Source of the DNA: Trichoplax adhaerens
Taxonomy: Eukaryota; Animalia; Placozoa
NCBI RefSeq assembly: GCF_000150275.1
Contig: NW_002060945.1
Span: 3,247,172-3,311,171 of the forward strand
Length of the DNA stretch: 64,000 bases
Direction: 5' to 3'
Numbering within the stretch: the stretch's first letter is position 1; the number at the start of each line of letters is the position of its first letter. Below the pieces are notes generated by a model that searched no databases, was not told where the DNA came from, and saw only the letters and a list, made by a program, of their open reading frames with translations. Of the stretch, positions 42,421 to 55,400 are shown piece by piece. The translations under genes were made by a program, and so were the position numbers.

Positions 42421-44439
42421 CGTATTAGAGCCCTAGAGTTGGAAATGCCTACAATATCAAACTCTACATCTACCTATGATTGGCCAACCAGTGATTATCA
42501 AGACAACAGTGTAACAAATCATCTTCAGCAATAATTTATGTGATGTTCGAAACAGGTCGATTAACGCTAAAAATTACAGTTCGCTTACCTTCAAGTTTGC
42601 TTGAATTTCTTCAATCTGTTGTCAGGAAAGACGAAGTTGTTCTGTTGAACGGAATCACAAAGATAATGGTAACAGAGTATCTAATATTTATAGGCATAAG
42701 AATATAGAATGATAACAAATGATCGTAATCCTAAGATTGAGTAATTTCTAGCAACGATTTGATCAATTTCAACATGGATGTTGTTGTCTATTGAAATAAA
42801 AGGGATACAATGGCAGCGATAAGAGAAGCGTTACTATTTGTAACTCTATCATCCTAGATCAAAATAAAAGAAATGAACAGAAATATTCATTTCTTCTTCT
42901 ATCTACGTCAATTTTAAAAATTTATCCTAATTGAAAATATTCAGCAACAGCAACAATGAGAGGAAGAAAACAACAAAAAAATACAAATACAATATCAAGA
43001 ATGTGAGAAAGGGTTACATAACCTTATTGTTATTCTACCTCGATAATTTACTTTCATTGAGTGGCTTTGGTATCAAAGACGACATTCTATTAGCTTATAA
43101 AGTCGAATGAATAGTAATTACATATGCATGAAGTTAATTTAAATTCAATTTCACTTTCAATATTTCATTTACTTGTAGATTAAAACAAATTTCAATCTCA
43201 GATGCAAATAATGACTTGGATCTGTCTTATGCTTGCATCAAGAATGAACTTCCCATATCGATTAAATTCATTTCCAAAGTAGCTACTATAATCCATGAAT
43301 AGAAACTGATCAAATTTTGCTACCTTGTTGTGAGTGATAGTATCAAGTCAGAAATTCAGCCTCAAAATTTGCAATCAAATAGAAAAAAGTTTTATGGGAA
43401 AATGGATAATAAATCAATATTCACTACCGTACTTTACTTAATTAATCTCATTGATTAAATACTCAATCAAAGATCAGGTTTTAACTTCTTAAAAAAATGA
43501 ATCAACTCAACGGAAATGGCATTATTAGCTGAGAGTATAATTTTATTACTTTGGGTTTCTTGACTTTATAACACTCTTAATATTAAGAGTAGATGGTCAG
43601 CTTTATCCTTCCATCCATTCACAGTACAATGAATTCATTTTTTATTCTTCTATTCTTTTTCCTATATCGAATCCATTCGTCAATAAATTGCAATCAGGCC
43701 GTGCTAGTATGCCGTATTATAGCTAAATTCGATTGGATTTCTTTACTTTATTGGCCGACTAAAGACATACCAATGACCCTTTATAAAGACTACTGTAGAT
43801 AAACTGATTCTACTTATAAGATCCATTTACCTACTAATACATTATTTCTTTATTGAATTAATTTTAGCATGTGGCTAAAAACAACTGCTATACCATAATA
43901 AGATGCGTTGGAAATAGATTACAACTGAATTATATCCATTCCTTGGATACATCAGGCTAGTTAAAAGTCGAGCTGTAAAATCTATATAGTTCATAGCACA
44001 GCTTAATTGATCGATTTACAATTGGCATCTGTCATAGCACCATTTCTGTATTAAAGAAAATTTGCTAATTACATTAGAATGAGCGTAGTGATTGCTTGAT
44101 ATTTCCTGCGCTGTGATTCTTATTGTAAATAGTAATAGTACAAACTGTTCTATGAATAGATCAATTTCACTACACGTTTAATATATTTAATTAAATGTCT
44201 TCAAGGTATAGAATTTTGCATCAGTTATATTGAATTATAACTTGATACTGTTGCTTATTACCAATGTAATAGTATAAAATTTAAAATGTCTGCTACAAGA
44301 AATTATGTCAATACTGAGCTATTTAAATAGATATTGATTGAGAAGAATTACAAACAAAAGTGCCATATTTACCAAATGACTTAATAAGATCAAAACAATG
44401 TTAATTTTTCAACTAGGCAGATCTTGTTATTAAGGATTT

Positions 44440-45025
44440 CATTCTGAAATTCTAGTACTCTACGCCATTGATAGTGACCCCTAAGTACTCGCTATAACCG
44501 TAAAATTAAAGTAAATGTGTGGGTAATAATCAAGATATGATCTTGTAAGTTGTGATGCTAGAATTTCTGATTGTTAAACTATAAAATTAATAAAAGCATG
44601 AGTAACAATCAGGATGTTGTCCTATAAGTTCTGCTATTAGGACTTCTACTCGTTAAAACTAAAGAATTATTAAAAGCATTCGTAATGAACATTACGTTAT
44701 CGTATGAGTTTTGATTCTAGGACTTCTACTTGTTAGAACTATAAATTTGGTAAAAAATTTGAGTAATGATCGAGACGCTGTTGTATAAGCTTCGATGCTA
44801 GGACTTTGTTAAAACTATAATTAAACAAAAGTTTGAGTAGTGATCAAGATGGTATCGTACAAGTTCTAATGTTAGAACTTGTTCCAACTATAAGATTTAC
44901 AAAAGTATGGTTGATAACGAAGATGTTCTTATACAGAAGCTCAAAATTCTACCGTACGGTAATTGTTAAAATTAAAAGATTAACAAAAATATGGGTAATG
45001 ATCAAGATATTATCGTGTAAGTCGC
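44440..45025. repeat. Degenerate ~75-80 bp tandem repeat, about 7 copies
   Basis: The pattern aaactataaa..aaaa..tgagtaatgatcaagat..taagtt..tgctaggactt recurs, with anchors near 44520, 44600, 44681, 44761, 44835, 44909 and 44993. Confidence 0.8.
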
Positions 45026-48000
45026 TACGATTCAAGATTGCCAAAGCGACTGACGAACTACCATTTGCAAAGCGATTCATTCGATTTATAAACAGTTTAT
45101 TAAGTACTATGAGTACAATTGCTTGCCGGCGTCATGATATATCCTGGCATAGTGGATAGACGGTATATTGGATTTACGGTAGAACGGTCTACCAATAAGG
45201 CATTTTCATGAATAAATTGTTTATTCTCGCATTACGGAAATATATACGGTGTGGTATATAGTTGCCTGCCACTGCTTTTTTACTTTCTTGACAACCAGCT
45301 ATACGTATTATCATAGAATATTTTTTTTATTTTCGCAGAAGGTATCATTTGCAATCCAAGTTATACACAATCTAATCATTCAATCGATGGTCGTTTAAAC
45401 ATTGTCAGTGACATCATTCCACTTGGCACCTAAATACAAGGAAATCGATCTACTGCTCTAACTGCAATTCACTATATGGACTGCATCAAAATTATTCGTA
45501 ATAAGTAAGACGTCATCTGCAACTGATATTGTCCTTAATTTTACCTATTTGATCAACTAGTATCGGACTATGTTACACTAATTTAGTATTAGTCTTATAA
45601 GAAATTAATATTTTCAACTTGAGAATTAAATTCTTGTTTATATAAACTTAAAATTATACTTTTGCTATTCCAGATAGAGAATGATAAAAACTCCACTGAT
45701 CATAACTGTCAAGAAAATAACTACTTTCTGAATTTATGTTGGCAACAGGATAATAAAAGGTCTAAATATTTTTTAAACTCTATGACTGTTCTAAAAACAA
45801 AATTGATCAATAAAAACATCATTAAGATATTTAACCAGTTTATACTATAACTAGTTCTAAATATAAACTAAGCTCAAAATTTCTGAAGGTATCCTTTATT
45901 TAGTAAATAAAGCCGACAATCGAAACAAAAACTGTGTGTTATAAATCAGTTATAACTAGTTTAATTAAATTTCTAACGTTAATACATGATAATACCAGCT
46001 ATGACATTATTAAGAGAATTGTTAACAGTGATTATGTCCTATAACAATTCAATATTTTATCCAATCTAAATTACAACAACAATAAATGTTTTATTTGAAA
46101 AATCTATGACGTGAACTATTCAACACTAGTAGAGCTAAATAAATTGCAACAACGATCCTTTCCCATATTGTTATTTGTAGATTAGCCAATATTTTGATTG
46201 AAAAGATGATCGACTGTTTTGTTTACTTACTTTACTTACACATATATTATAATCAAATTTACCTTAACGCTGTTACAATAAAATTTTATTACCAATAACA
46301 ACTATTTATGTTTCATAGCAGCGATTCCTATTAAAATTTAGCTGTCAATTGACTATCTACGTATCCTTCCTCTTTACGCTCACAGATCTAGGTGTGTAAT
46401 AACAGCTAGTAATATGAAGTATAAATTGCAATATCGAAATTTAAGATAATGGAGGCATTAGTTGAAATTAACGGATATAATACAGTCAATAGGGTTTTAG
46501 CCTGTGATAGCTAAAATACGGGTAGAAATATTTTTAATAGATACAATAAAGGGTTTCATAAATTACTTGTAAAAATTTACATTGCTTTAGATTGCTTTAG
46601 GGTAAATGGTATCATATGCTAGAAAATAAAAATAGCCTCAAGGTCCCAGCAAATTATTATTCTACAGCTTACAATGTAATCATCAATTGATTTATAAAAT
46701 TTATTGTACTTATACAAATGTTGTGAACAGATCTAATGATGTTGACCTCTAGGTAGTAAAGCTCATGGTATACCTGGTGTATCTATACAGGACGACTCAA
46801 TTATGCATTTTTCGATCTCTATTTAAGGAAAAAATTACATGAACTTACTTTAGTCGTCTTGCACGAACAATCAAGGTAATTTATATTCAAAGATAATTAC
46901 GCAGTGAACAACAATTGATCATTTATTTATAAACAAAAATGAAATTTTCAACTAATAATGCAGAATATCCTTACTGTTAATTGATTTAAATCAATGAAGA
47001 TATTTTTACGTACTCTACTGCATGCATTGCCTGATAACTTTTAAAAATTAACGGGGTAACTTTTACGAATGCATCACAGAAAATTTAAAATTCGGTCACG
47101 TTGACAATAAATTATTTACATTACAATAATAATAAATTTCTATCAATACATTACAGGAACTAACTCATACCTGTGAAAAAAGAAATGCCAAGCTTTCTTT
47201 ATTTAAAAATCAATCGAAGAGACGTAGCTGATAAAAATTCACAATGGAAATGGACGTTATTGAAACTTTAATTCATTAAGCTATTTATTTTAAGTGATAT
47301 TAAAGATTTTATGTATTCAAAGGTCATTGTGGTACTTATATTGCGAAAAGCTATGGGAAAGAGAAATAGAGATCTTTCCAAATATTATTAAATGATGACA
47401 CTTGAAAGATATGACAGTAAATGATTTTTTCAAAGCAACTTAATTGTATATAATTAATAAAAATATCTTACAACTATTCTATTTAGTCTAAATCTAATTC
47501 TCATAAAATAATTGTCTCAGGTAGATAGAATTAAGAATGCTTTTATTACATAGTTTAAAATAGTAGAGCAATAATTGATTAAAACCAGAATCTAATCTAA
47601 AGTAACGTGAACCTGAAAGAAGTGAAGCCTGATCTATTCCAAGTTCATCTCTGCAGCTCTTAAATCATTTTGTTAATCTACTTACAGCAACAAAGTTGCT
47701 TGCGATCAGACTTGAGTCTTCAGACAGAAGATTTTTGCTCAAATAGACCATTGATAGGTTTTACAATACGAATCAATCTGCTTAAATATTATTACTCTTC
47801 TATGTCACGTATGATTTATGAGACAGCTCTATTCTAGAGTAGGATTTAATTTACTAAAGGAATTTCTATTTCATGAAATCAATTTGTCGTACAAAATGCA
47901 CCTATGTGAGACCTCTTAATTCCTTTAGATAGCAGCTCCTGCATCGAATGATGATCCTGTATATTGTTCTGTAACTTTTTATATATGTTACTATATATGA

Positions 48001-50119
48001 GAATGATTTCCTGAGATTTAGTGTGTCTAGCATGGTTTGACCATTTCGAATTAAGGTACGATTATCTTATCTATTCAGTATCACTTGAAGATACTCCTAT
48101 ATCTTCCTTTGAATGGAGATTTACAACTAATGAAAATGTATCTTACTTTAGATGATATTTTATCATAGAGTATCAGTTGTTCAAATATTATTTTACGTTT
48201 TGACGATTTAAGCAGGAGAAGTTGATATGACTTATTCATCAAATCACGATTTATTTAATTTCACTGCGAAAGAAGTCTAATATCATTTAGTCAGTGACGT
48301 AAAAACTGCCCTTGTGCACGTCTAGTAGCTATATCTGATATCTTTTACATGCATGCAGGCACATATTATGATTCTATAAAGTAAAGAAATTCAGCAATTT
48401 ATCTATAAAGTTACTGAAGGAAAGCAATCAAGCGAAATATTTAACATAACTAATTTGCAGTAAACCTGGTATTGAGATTGTTGTCTTTAGCTATTATCAA
48501 GTAGAAATTAGCTAACGAAAGATTGCAAACTGAAAATAGATGGTAATTATGATTGCATGCTTGTTCGGAATAAAATAATCTCACGAGATTTTGATGGCTA
48601 CATAATAGAACAAATATACATATATCTTTTTACTTTATATCTATAAATACTAAGAATAATCATATTAAATTAATTATATAATCATACATCTAGACTAGTT
48701 TTACTACAATCTGCCATAATATTTACTTTAGACGTGCAACAATTCTGTATTTTTGTGATAAGATTTTATAAGGAATTTATTCTGCATAGTGTGTAATACA
48801 ACGAATCATTTTAATGTTTAATAACTTTTTTCAAAGCAGAATTAAAAAAATGCTGCCAAGTGTTAACGGAATATGACTGGGGAAAGACTATTAATAATAT
48901 CGCTACAATTGTGATCGATCAGCGTATTCATGAATGAAATTAGGTCATAAAAATTAATCAGATGATAAATAATTTTTAGGGGAACAGCATGTGATGACAG
49001 CATGTGATGAGCACGCGTCTTGGGTCATGACACAACTTTAAATATTAATGTAAAATCAATAATTAAATAATTATATTAATTGCTATAGTACAAATCTTTA
49101 CTAAAACTATTGAATATGTGTATTTTGACGCCGGCATGTTACGAGAAATTCTCACTTTTATTCCATTTGATTACAACATTATCAATTAATTTGTTAGAGT
49201 AGTTGTTGACTACATCATATCATTTAGGTCCTGTAGCAAGTGGCACTGTATTAATAATAAATAATTAACTATATCCAAATGGATAATTGATTGCAGTAGG
49301 AAGACGAAAATTTTTCAATGTAAAGTTGGGTGTTAACTTTGAAATCGATTCAATATTCTACCGATACGTGAACTGACTACTATATGCTCAAATATAGAAT
49401 TTTCTATATAGTCTAGAGCAGCTTAGTTAATATTAATGCCGTAAGACATAAATTTAATAGAGTAAAGGTAATGACCTTTTGTATATTCATAGGTAAATAG
49501 GCAATTTTGTCTAAGCTGGTACAAATTCGAACTACTCTAATACCACGTATTTTTTCGTTTAATATTTAGTATCCTATTAGTAATAAACCTAACTACATTT
49601 ATCAATGAGTTATCGGTATATTAGGTTTGACCAAATCTGTACAAATCTCTTATCCTGAAAACATTGGATTTAAAGATTTAAATTTTCAAAATGCTACAGT
49701 ATTGGCAACGTCAATTAATATTTGATAAGAGATCTAACCTGTATTGTAGCCTTAGGCACGATTGAATGAGACTAATTGGCGATTACTTTCTTTTTTGGAG
49801 GATCGCGTCTATCGTTATTAGACTTGTTATGCCAAAAGTAGAATAAATCACAGATGTTAGCCCCACGCAATATGATAACATCCAGGCTTCCATCATATAT
49901 GAATACTGGGCGAACAAATATCGTGTTAATTGTCAGGAAATACGATCAGCTGATATCTGACTAATTCAATTTCGTACTATTAGCTAATAACGTGCAATAC
50001 TTTTAACTGTTGACTGCGATGCCGTTGATCTTATAATTTCATAAAGTTAGCAAAATAGCACAATTACCACACTTAAAGCTTCAGTATAGGTGGTTATGAA
50101 AACTTCATGTCGGTTTCAT

Positions 50120-50450
50120 TTACTACATAAGCTATTCATGACTAATAATTTTTAGATTCTTTTACAGAAGTAGAGTTCTTATACAAAATTTCTCGGTAGT
50201 AATCTGGATAGAGAATAATTTGTGTGTAAAAACTTTTTCTTAAATGAAGTGATTTAGTTATTGTAAGGATTTGGTTGTAAAAATTTTCTATCAGATTAGT
50301 TACTGCATAAGCTATTCGTTGCTGTAGTAATTATTAGATTCTTTTCTAAAAGCAGTGTTCTTATATTAATTTCCTTGTATCTGGATAGAGAATAATTTAT
50401 GTAAAAATTTTTTTGTTAATGAAGTGATTTGGTTAATGCAAAGATTTACT
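50120..50450. repeat. Direct duplication with ~180 bp period
   Basis: tact(a/g)cataagctattc at 50121 and 50301; atctggatagagaataattt and aatgaagtgattt occur in both copies. Confidence 0.85.
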
Positions 50451-52422
50451 GTGATTAGGCTATTTTACGTGAAGGTCAGCCAGCATTATGGTAAATAATT
50501 GTATTGCCATAATTAAAAGATGATGAAATTGAACCAATGTATATATGACATACATATATATACACTTTTGAATACCCAATAGAGGTAGAGATTTGTTTTT
50601 AATTTTTTAACCACTATGGTGAAGCCTAGTACAGAATGCAGTAAACCGTAGAGGTACACCTTTCAATAATTTCGACCCTATGACAAAGTGCAGAGAGGTC
50701 TTTAATACGATTCGAAAGTCTTGAGAATAACTGCTGCACAATCCTAGCACGTAGACAAAAGCAGTGGCCATGTATCTAGGGATGCTATTAAATTTAGATC
50801 TGAGATATCATTTCTTAGAAGTCAACATATGTGTTTACTGTACTGTACACTCGTTAGGAAGCCATTTTACCTTCATATTTGGTTAATCGTGTAACGTGAC
50901 TAATGTTGTAAACTAAGAATAGGCAATGTTTTATCAAGGAAACGTATCTATTACTATACAGCAATAAATTGAGGGTCGATCAGGCAGCGACTACTAGAAA
51001 AATTGAGTAACGACAGCCCGATAAGTTAAGAGAGAGTTTATTAGCTAAGCTAGATCACTGTATGATGAATTACTATAGAATAATTTATAGTTACTAATGC
51101 ATTATAATGTTGTGTGAAGATTTTTAATCAATATTTCTTTTAATGAAGAATTTCCATTAGTCTGCATCAGAAATGCGCATGGGTAGCTCTATGAATATAT
51201 ATTATATTGCAGTAGCGGATAGTGCTGATCGATATTTGAATACTTAAGATTTGCGTATCTGGCAATAGCGTAACTATTCGAGAGCTATAGACGATGATTA
51301 ATACTGAGAAAGTTCTTTCAATGTGCTGAAATTGCAAGCACTTTGCAACCTACAAAGCTTAAATCGAAGTCAATGACATACAGTCTGGTAAAATTTATTC
51401 TAGTTGTATTATTCGGTCATTTCTTGTATAACCTTACGTGTATATTCGATTATATTCTATCATTATGGTGTTAATTATACTAATATCCTTCCTGTAGAGG
51501 AATTGAATGAAACTTATCGTTTGATATTGACAGCTTCCGTAGTCTCTATAAATTGGGGCAATTGTTTAAAACCAATGATTGACTGGTGTTAGGACGGGTA
51601 AATTCAGTTAGACGCTCTTCAATTATGGTAGTAGCTACTAGCTATGTACTATGTAGTCGGCTCGTTATTAGCTTTATATTACAGCATTGGCTTGTCATTA
51701 TCAAAACTACTAGTATGTCCCTTGCTCAGTATAACTCGCGTACAAAATCCTTTGCATTTGCCTAGCCTAATCTACCTTTCTGAAAGAGATATTGCAAAAT
51801 AATACACGGCAGTTCGCTTTCCTTCACTTTTAACTGACACAAAGACAAAAGACTTCGAAATTTAATGTAACTTTTTCAAATCTTAGCAAATACATGGAAG
51901 ACCTTACAAAGAAATAAGGGCATCATTAAATCATCGATATGTAAGTATAGTAAAATGCCAACAAGGCGGTTAAATAAGTTCGATTGATATTATAGGGTAA
52001 ATCTGAAGCCCTTTCTAATGACTAGTTCTGACAAAGTAATCTAGTCCATGCTTGATTAAATTTGTCATGTCAATAAACCTTCACAAACATTAAGAAAACA
52101 AGACAGTAGCAACACATGCCGAATGATATTTTTAGCAAAATTAACCTATTTGCAGTTCATATCACACATGTCAATTCATATGAATTTAAAGGCAACAGTG
52201 TCTATCATTTTGTTATTATTGCACTACTGTAAGGGGATTAAAATCAACTAATACAAAAGGTCAAAAAGTGAAGGATAGAAAACCGGAAAATTTTACCAAG
52301 TTAAATATTTTATCAGGGAGTTGCTTGAACACCACTACCCTAAATGCATTTGTTGAAGTCAGTTATGAAATGCTATCGCTTGATTGCGAGTAATACAGGT
52401 ACTATTCAAAATAATTCATTTT

Positions 52423-55400
52423 TTACTGAATGCAACATCGGTTAGTTCCAGTATCTTTCACCTGACGTAACTATATACAACAAAATAGCAATAGTTAAAT
52501 ATTTGATAAGTTTAACTATCATGTCAATAATGGATATACAGTATTTTTCGACTGATTATACCTGATAAGATTGAAAAAGTTCATCTTTGATTTCTACTTC
52601 TTGAGCTTTTGTCAAATTGAAAATAGCAATCTCCTGAAATGAAATTGCAATAGTAGTAGTTAAAGACCAAAATATCGTAACAGAACACATCGTTACACTT
52701 ATATCTTACAATCTACAAAATTGCGTTATTATAAAGTGACTTACTTCTCCTCCAGCGTTAACGAGTCTCGTAACCATTTCTTCTCCTAGGCCAAAATTGT
52801 TTTGTTGCTTCCATAGGTAGTTTGCAGGTGGTTTATGCGATTGCCCACTGTCAGCTGCCCATACCTAGTTTAATTTCAAAGCTTAAGTTTCAAATTTAAT
52901 GGGTAAAGTACAATACAATAAAGTAAGACTATTCATAAATTATTTTAGTTATAGTAACAAACGCTTGAATATAAAAAGTCTTTAACGTCTTTTAAACGAG
53001 TAGCCTTAAGCATACCGTAGTAACACAGTTGCCTTTCAATATCGCCTTGGTGTTGAATTTGTAAGAAATTTCATTTTTGTTATCTACTTGATGTTTGATA
53101 ACAAAGTTGCCAATATGACAATCCTAGAAAAAAAAGTTGATAAAATTTAACATGGGTATTAAAATGGTTAATATTTCATTGATTAATAAAGATACAGCAC
53201 ATGAACTATCATTATTGAAGCGACTAACTGTTTTTGAAGTATTTAGTAATCTGACATATAGGCCGTGTTTGTCCACGTCAGATATTTGGACATCTCCTGT
53301 TGCATGAGAACTAACGATATAGTCACTGTCTTCGTCAATTCGGCGTCGTTTACGCTGCGCAAATGGGCTACTAGGAGATGAACTTAAGCTAGTAAAGGGA
53401 TAAAAAAAAATAATAAAATATTCGCTTGCATTGATGGCGATGTCAGCAAAGGCATCACAACGCCACCTATATGCGCATCATCATTTGCAATTAGTACCGT
53501 TTCATCAATTAACATACCGAGTTTCTTCACCTTCCAGTAACTTTCTAAAGGCAGCAATTTCGTTATCTAGTTCTATTTTAACATCTAGTAATTCCTTGTA
53601 TTCGGTAGATTGCTCTTCCAATTTTAGCTGAAGTGCACGCATTTCCATTTCATATTCTTCAAATTTGTTGGTATTTTTCTGTCGTTCTTCTATCAAAGAT
53701 TCCTCTAATTCACGTTTTCGCGTTTGTAAGGAAGAATTCTGTAAAGAAGCAACGTCAGCACAAGTTTACTTTAAGTGAAAGTGCTATTGATGTAAAACAT
53801 GACACCCTCCGTTAGCAACGTGTATACAGTTGTTAACAGTTTATGTTGATAGGATAATTAGAGAAGGACTAGATTTGTATACTGTAGGTTAGGATCATAT
53901 TCTAAATAAACAAAGAAATTATTTTTAACCTCAGCTCTCAGAACATGGACTTCAGAGCTAATAGATTCAGATTTATCCCTAAACTTTCTGCATTCATTCT
54001 TTAATTCTGTTATGATTTTAGTATCACGTTCACGTTGACTCTCCAATTCTTTCACCTTGAAATCGTTATAATATAATTTGCAGAAGTGTAAAATTTTTGT
54101 CAAAGTGATCGATACATATTTTATTTATGAAACCAAGATATTGGCATAGTAGAAAACTTGCTCACTTGACTTCTATATAATTCTTCAACTTCTTGTTTTA
54201 ACCGTTTGCTATTTTCTTCATTATCACGTCTTAATTGTTGTAAGGCTTCTGTCATTTTTGTGTCATATTCTGATTGAAAATCGTCCTGTAAGGTAGAACG
54301 TTGGTCGTCTACAGTCTTTAGATTTTTCTTTAACGATCGAATTTCCTATAACGTATTATTAAGAATAAGTTTCACACAAGAAAATTGAAAGCTTATTTAA
54401 GTAAAAATGATATCGCTTGTTAGTTGGATATTTAAATGACTGTCCTACAAGCCGGAGTTACTTGACTACTCAAAATTGCAAATGAATACAGTTACCTGTT
54501 GGTGCATTTCAGTAGAGAATTCAGCGCTTTCTTTCAACGTCTGATATTCGTTTTCAATTTGGACACGACGTAATGCTTGTTGTTCGGCTAATTTATTAGC
54601 TGATTCTAATTCTTCACTGCTACGTTGAATTTTTTCTTTGTGTCCAATAACGACTTCTCGTAGCTCTGCTACATTCTTTCTTTCATTGACGACTTCTCCT
54701 TCAAGTTCAGTTGCTCTTTTCTCGGCATTATTTAGTGCTACTTGTAGCGAGGATTTTGATGCTTTTACCTTTTCCAGACTTGATAAAACATTCATTGAAT
54801 ATTTTCAGATAATTCAAATATTTAAGATTAGTAAAATTATTGTTATATTATAGTAGATTATGTTGCTTTTCTTCCGATAGGTTATTACACTGCTATAAAA
54901 AATTTCATTGATTCGTACTTGTACAGTAATTTATAAATATGTCTCAACCAATTATAGTATATACGAGAAATGATCTTTACTACTCTTAACAGTACAATAT
55001 ATCATGTCAAAGAAATTGTTCTATTTTACAGGTCTTTTGAGGGTTATGCTAGACATTTTCCGTCAAATTTCAATGAGCGTATGTTGCCATCTCATCAATG
55101 TCGCCATTTCACTTACACTCGTCAAGACGAACGACAGTAATACAGTACGTGCGTAAAATGGGTACGTTATTGGCGTAGGTGAATCCCCAGGGTAAGGTTA
55201 CCCAATCAATCAATGACAGTAATTCATTAAGAATATTGAAAAAAGAGATATTCTCGTGTTCAAGCAGTAATAGGTGGAGAGGAAATGAATAGACAGTTTA
55301 ATAAGAATATTGATAATCAAGTTAAGCTGAATATATCTACCTTGTTAATTCAAATGATTCCAGTTTGAAAAAAAAGTGGATAGAGAACCACAAAATGGAC

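Noticed and set aside
44833-45159. 108-aa ORF
   Set aside because: It has a non-ATG start and mostly translates the degenerate ~78-bp repeat.
45885-45900. U12 donor-like GTATCCTTT in the gene-poor region
   Set aside because: I could not identify an associated exon or downstream U12 branch site, and similar strings occur by chance in AT-rich DNA.
47680-47755. Possible minus-strand first exon (MVYLSKNLLSEDSS../GTAAGT)
   Set aside because: I could not link it to any downstream exon giving a coherent protein.
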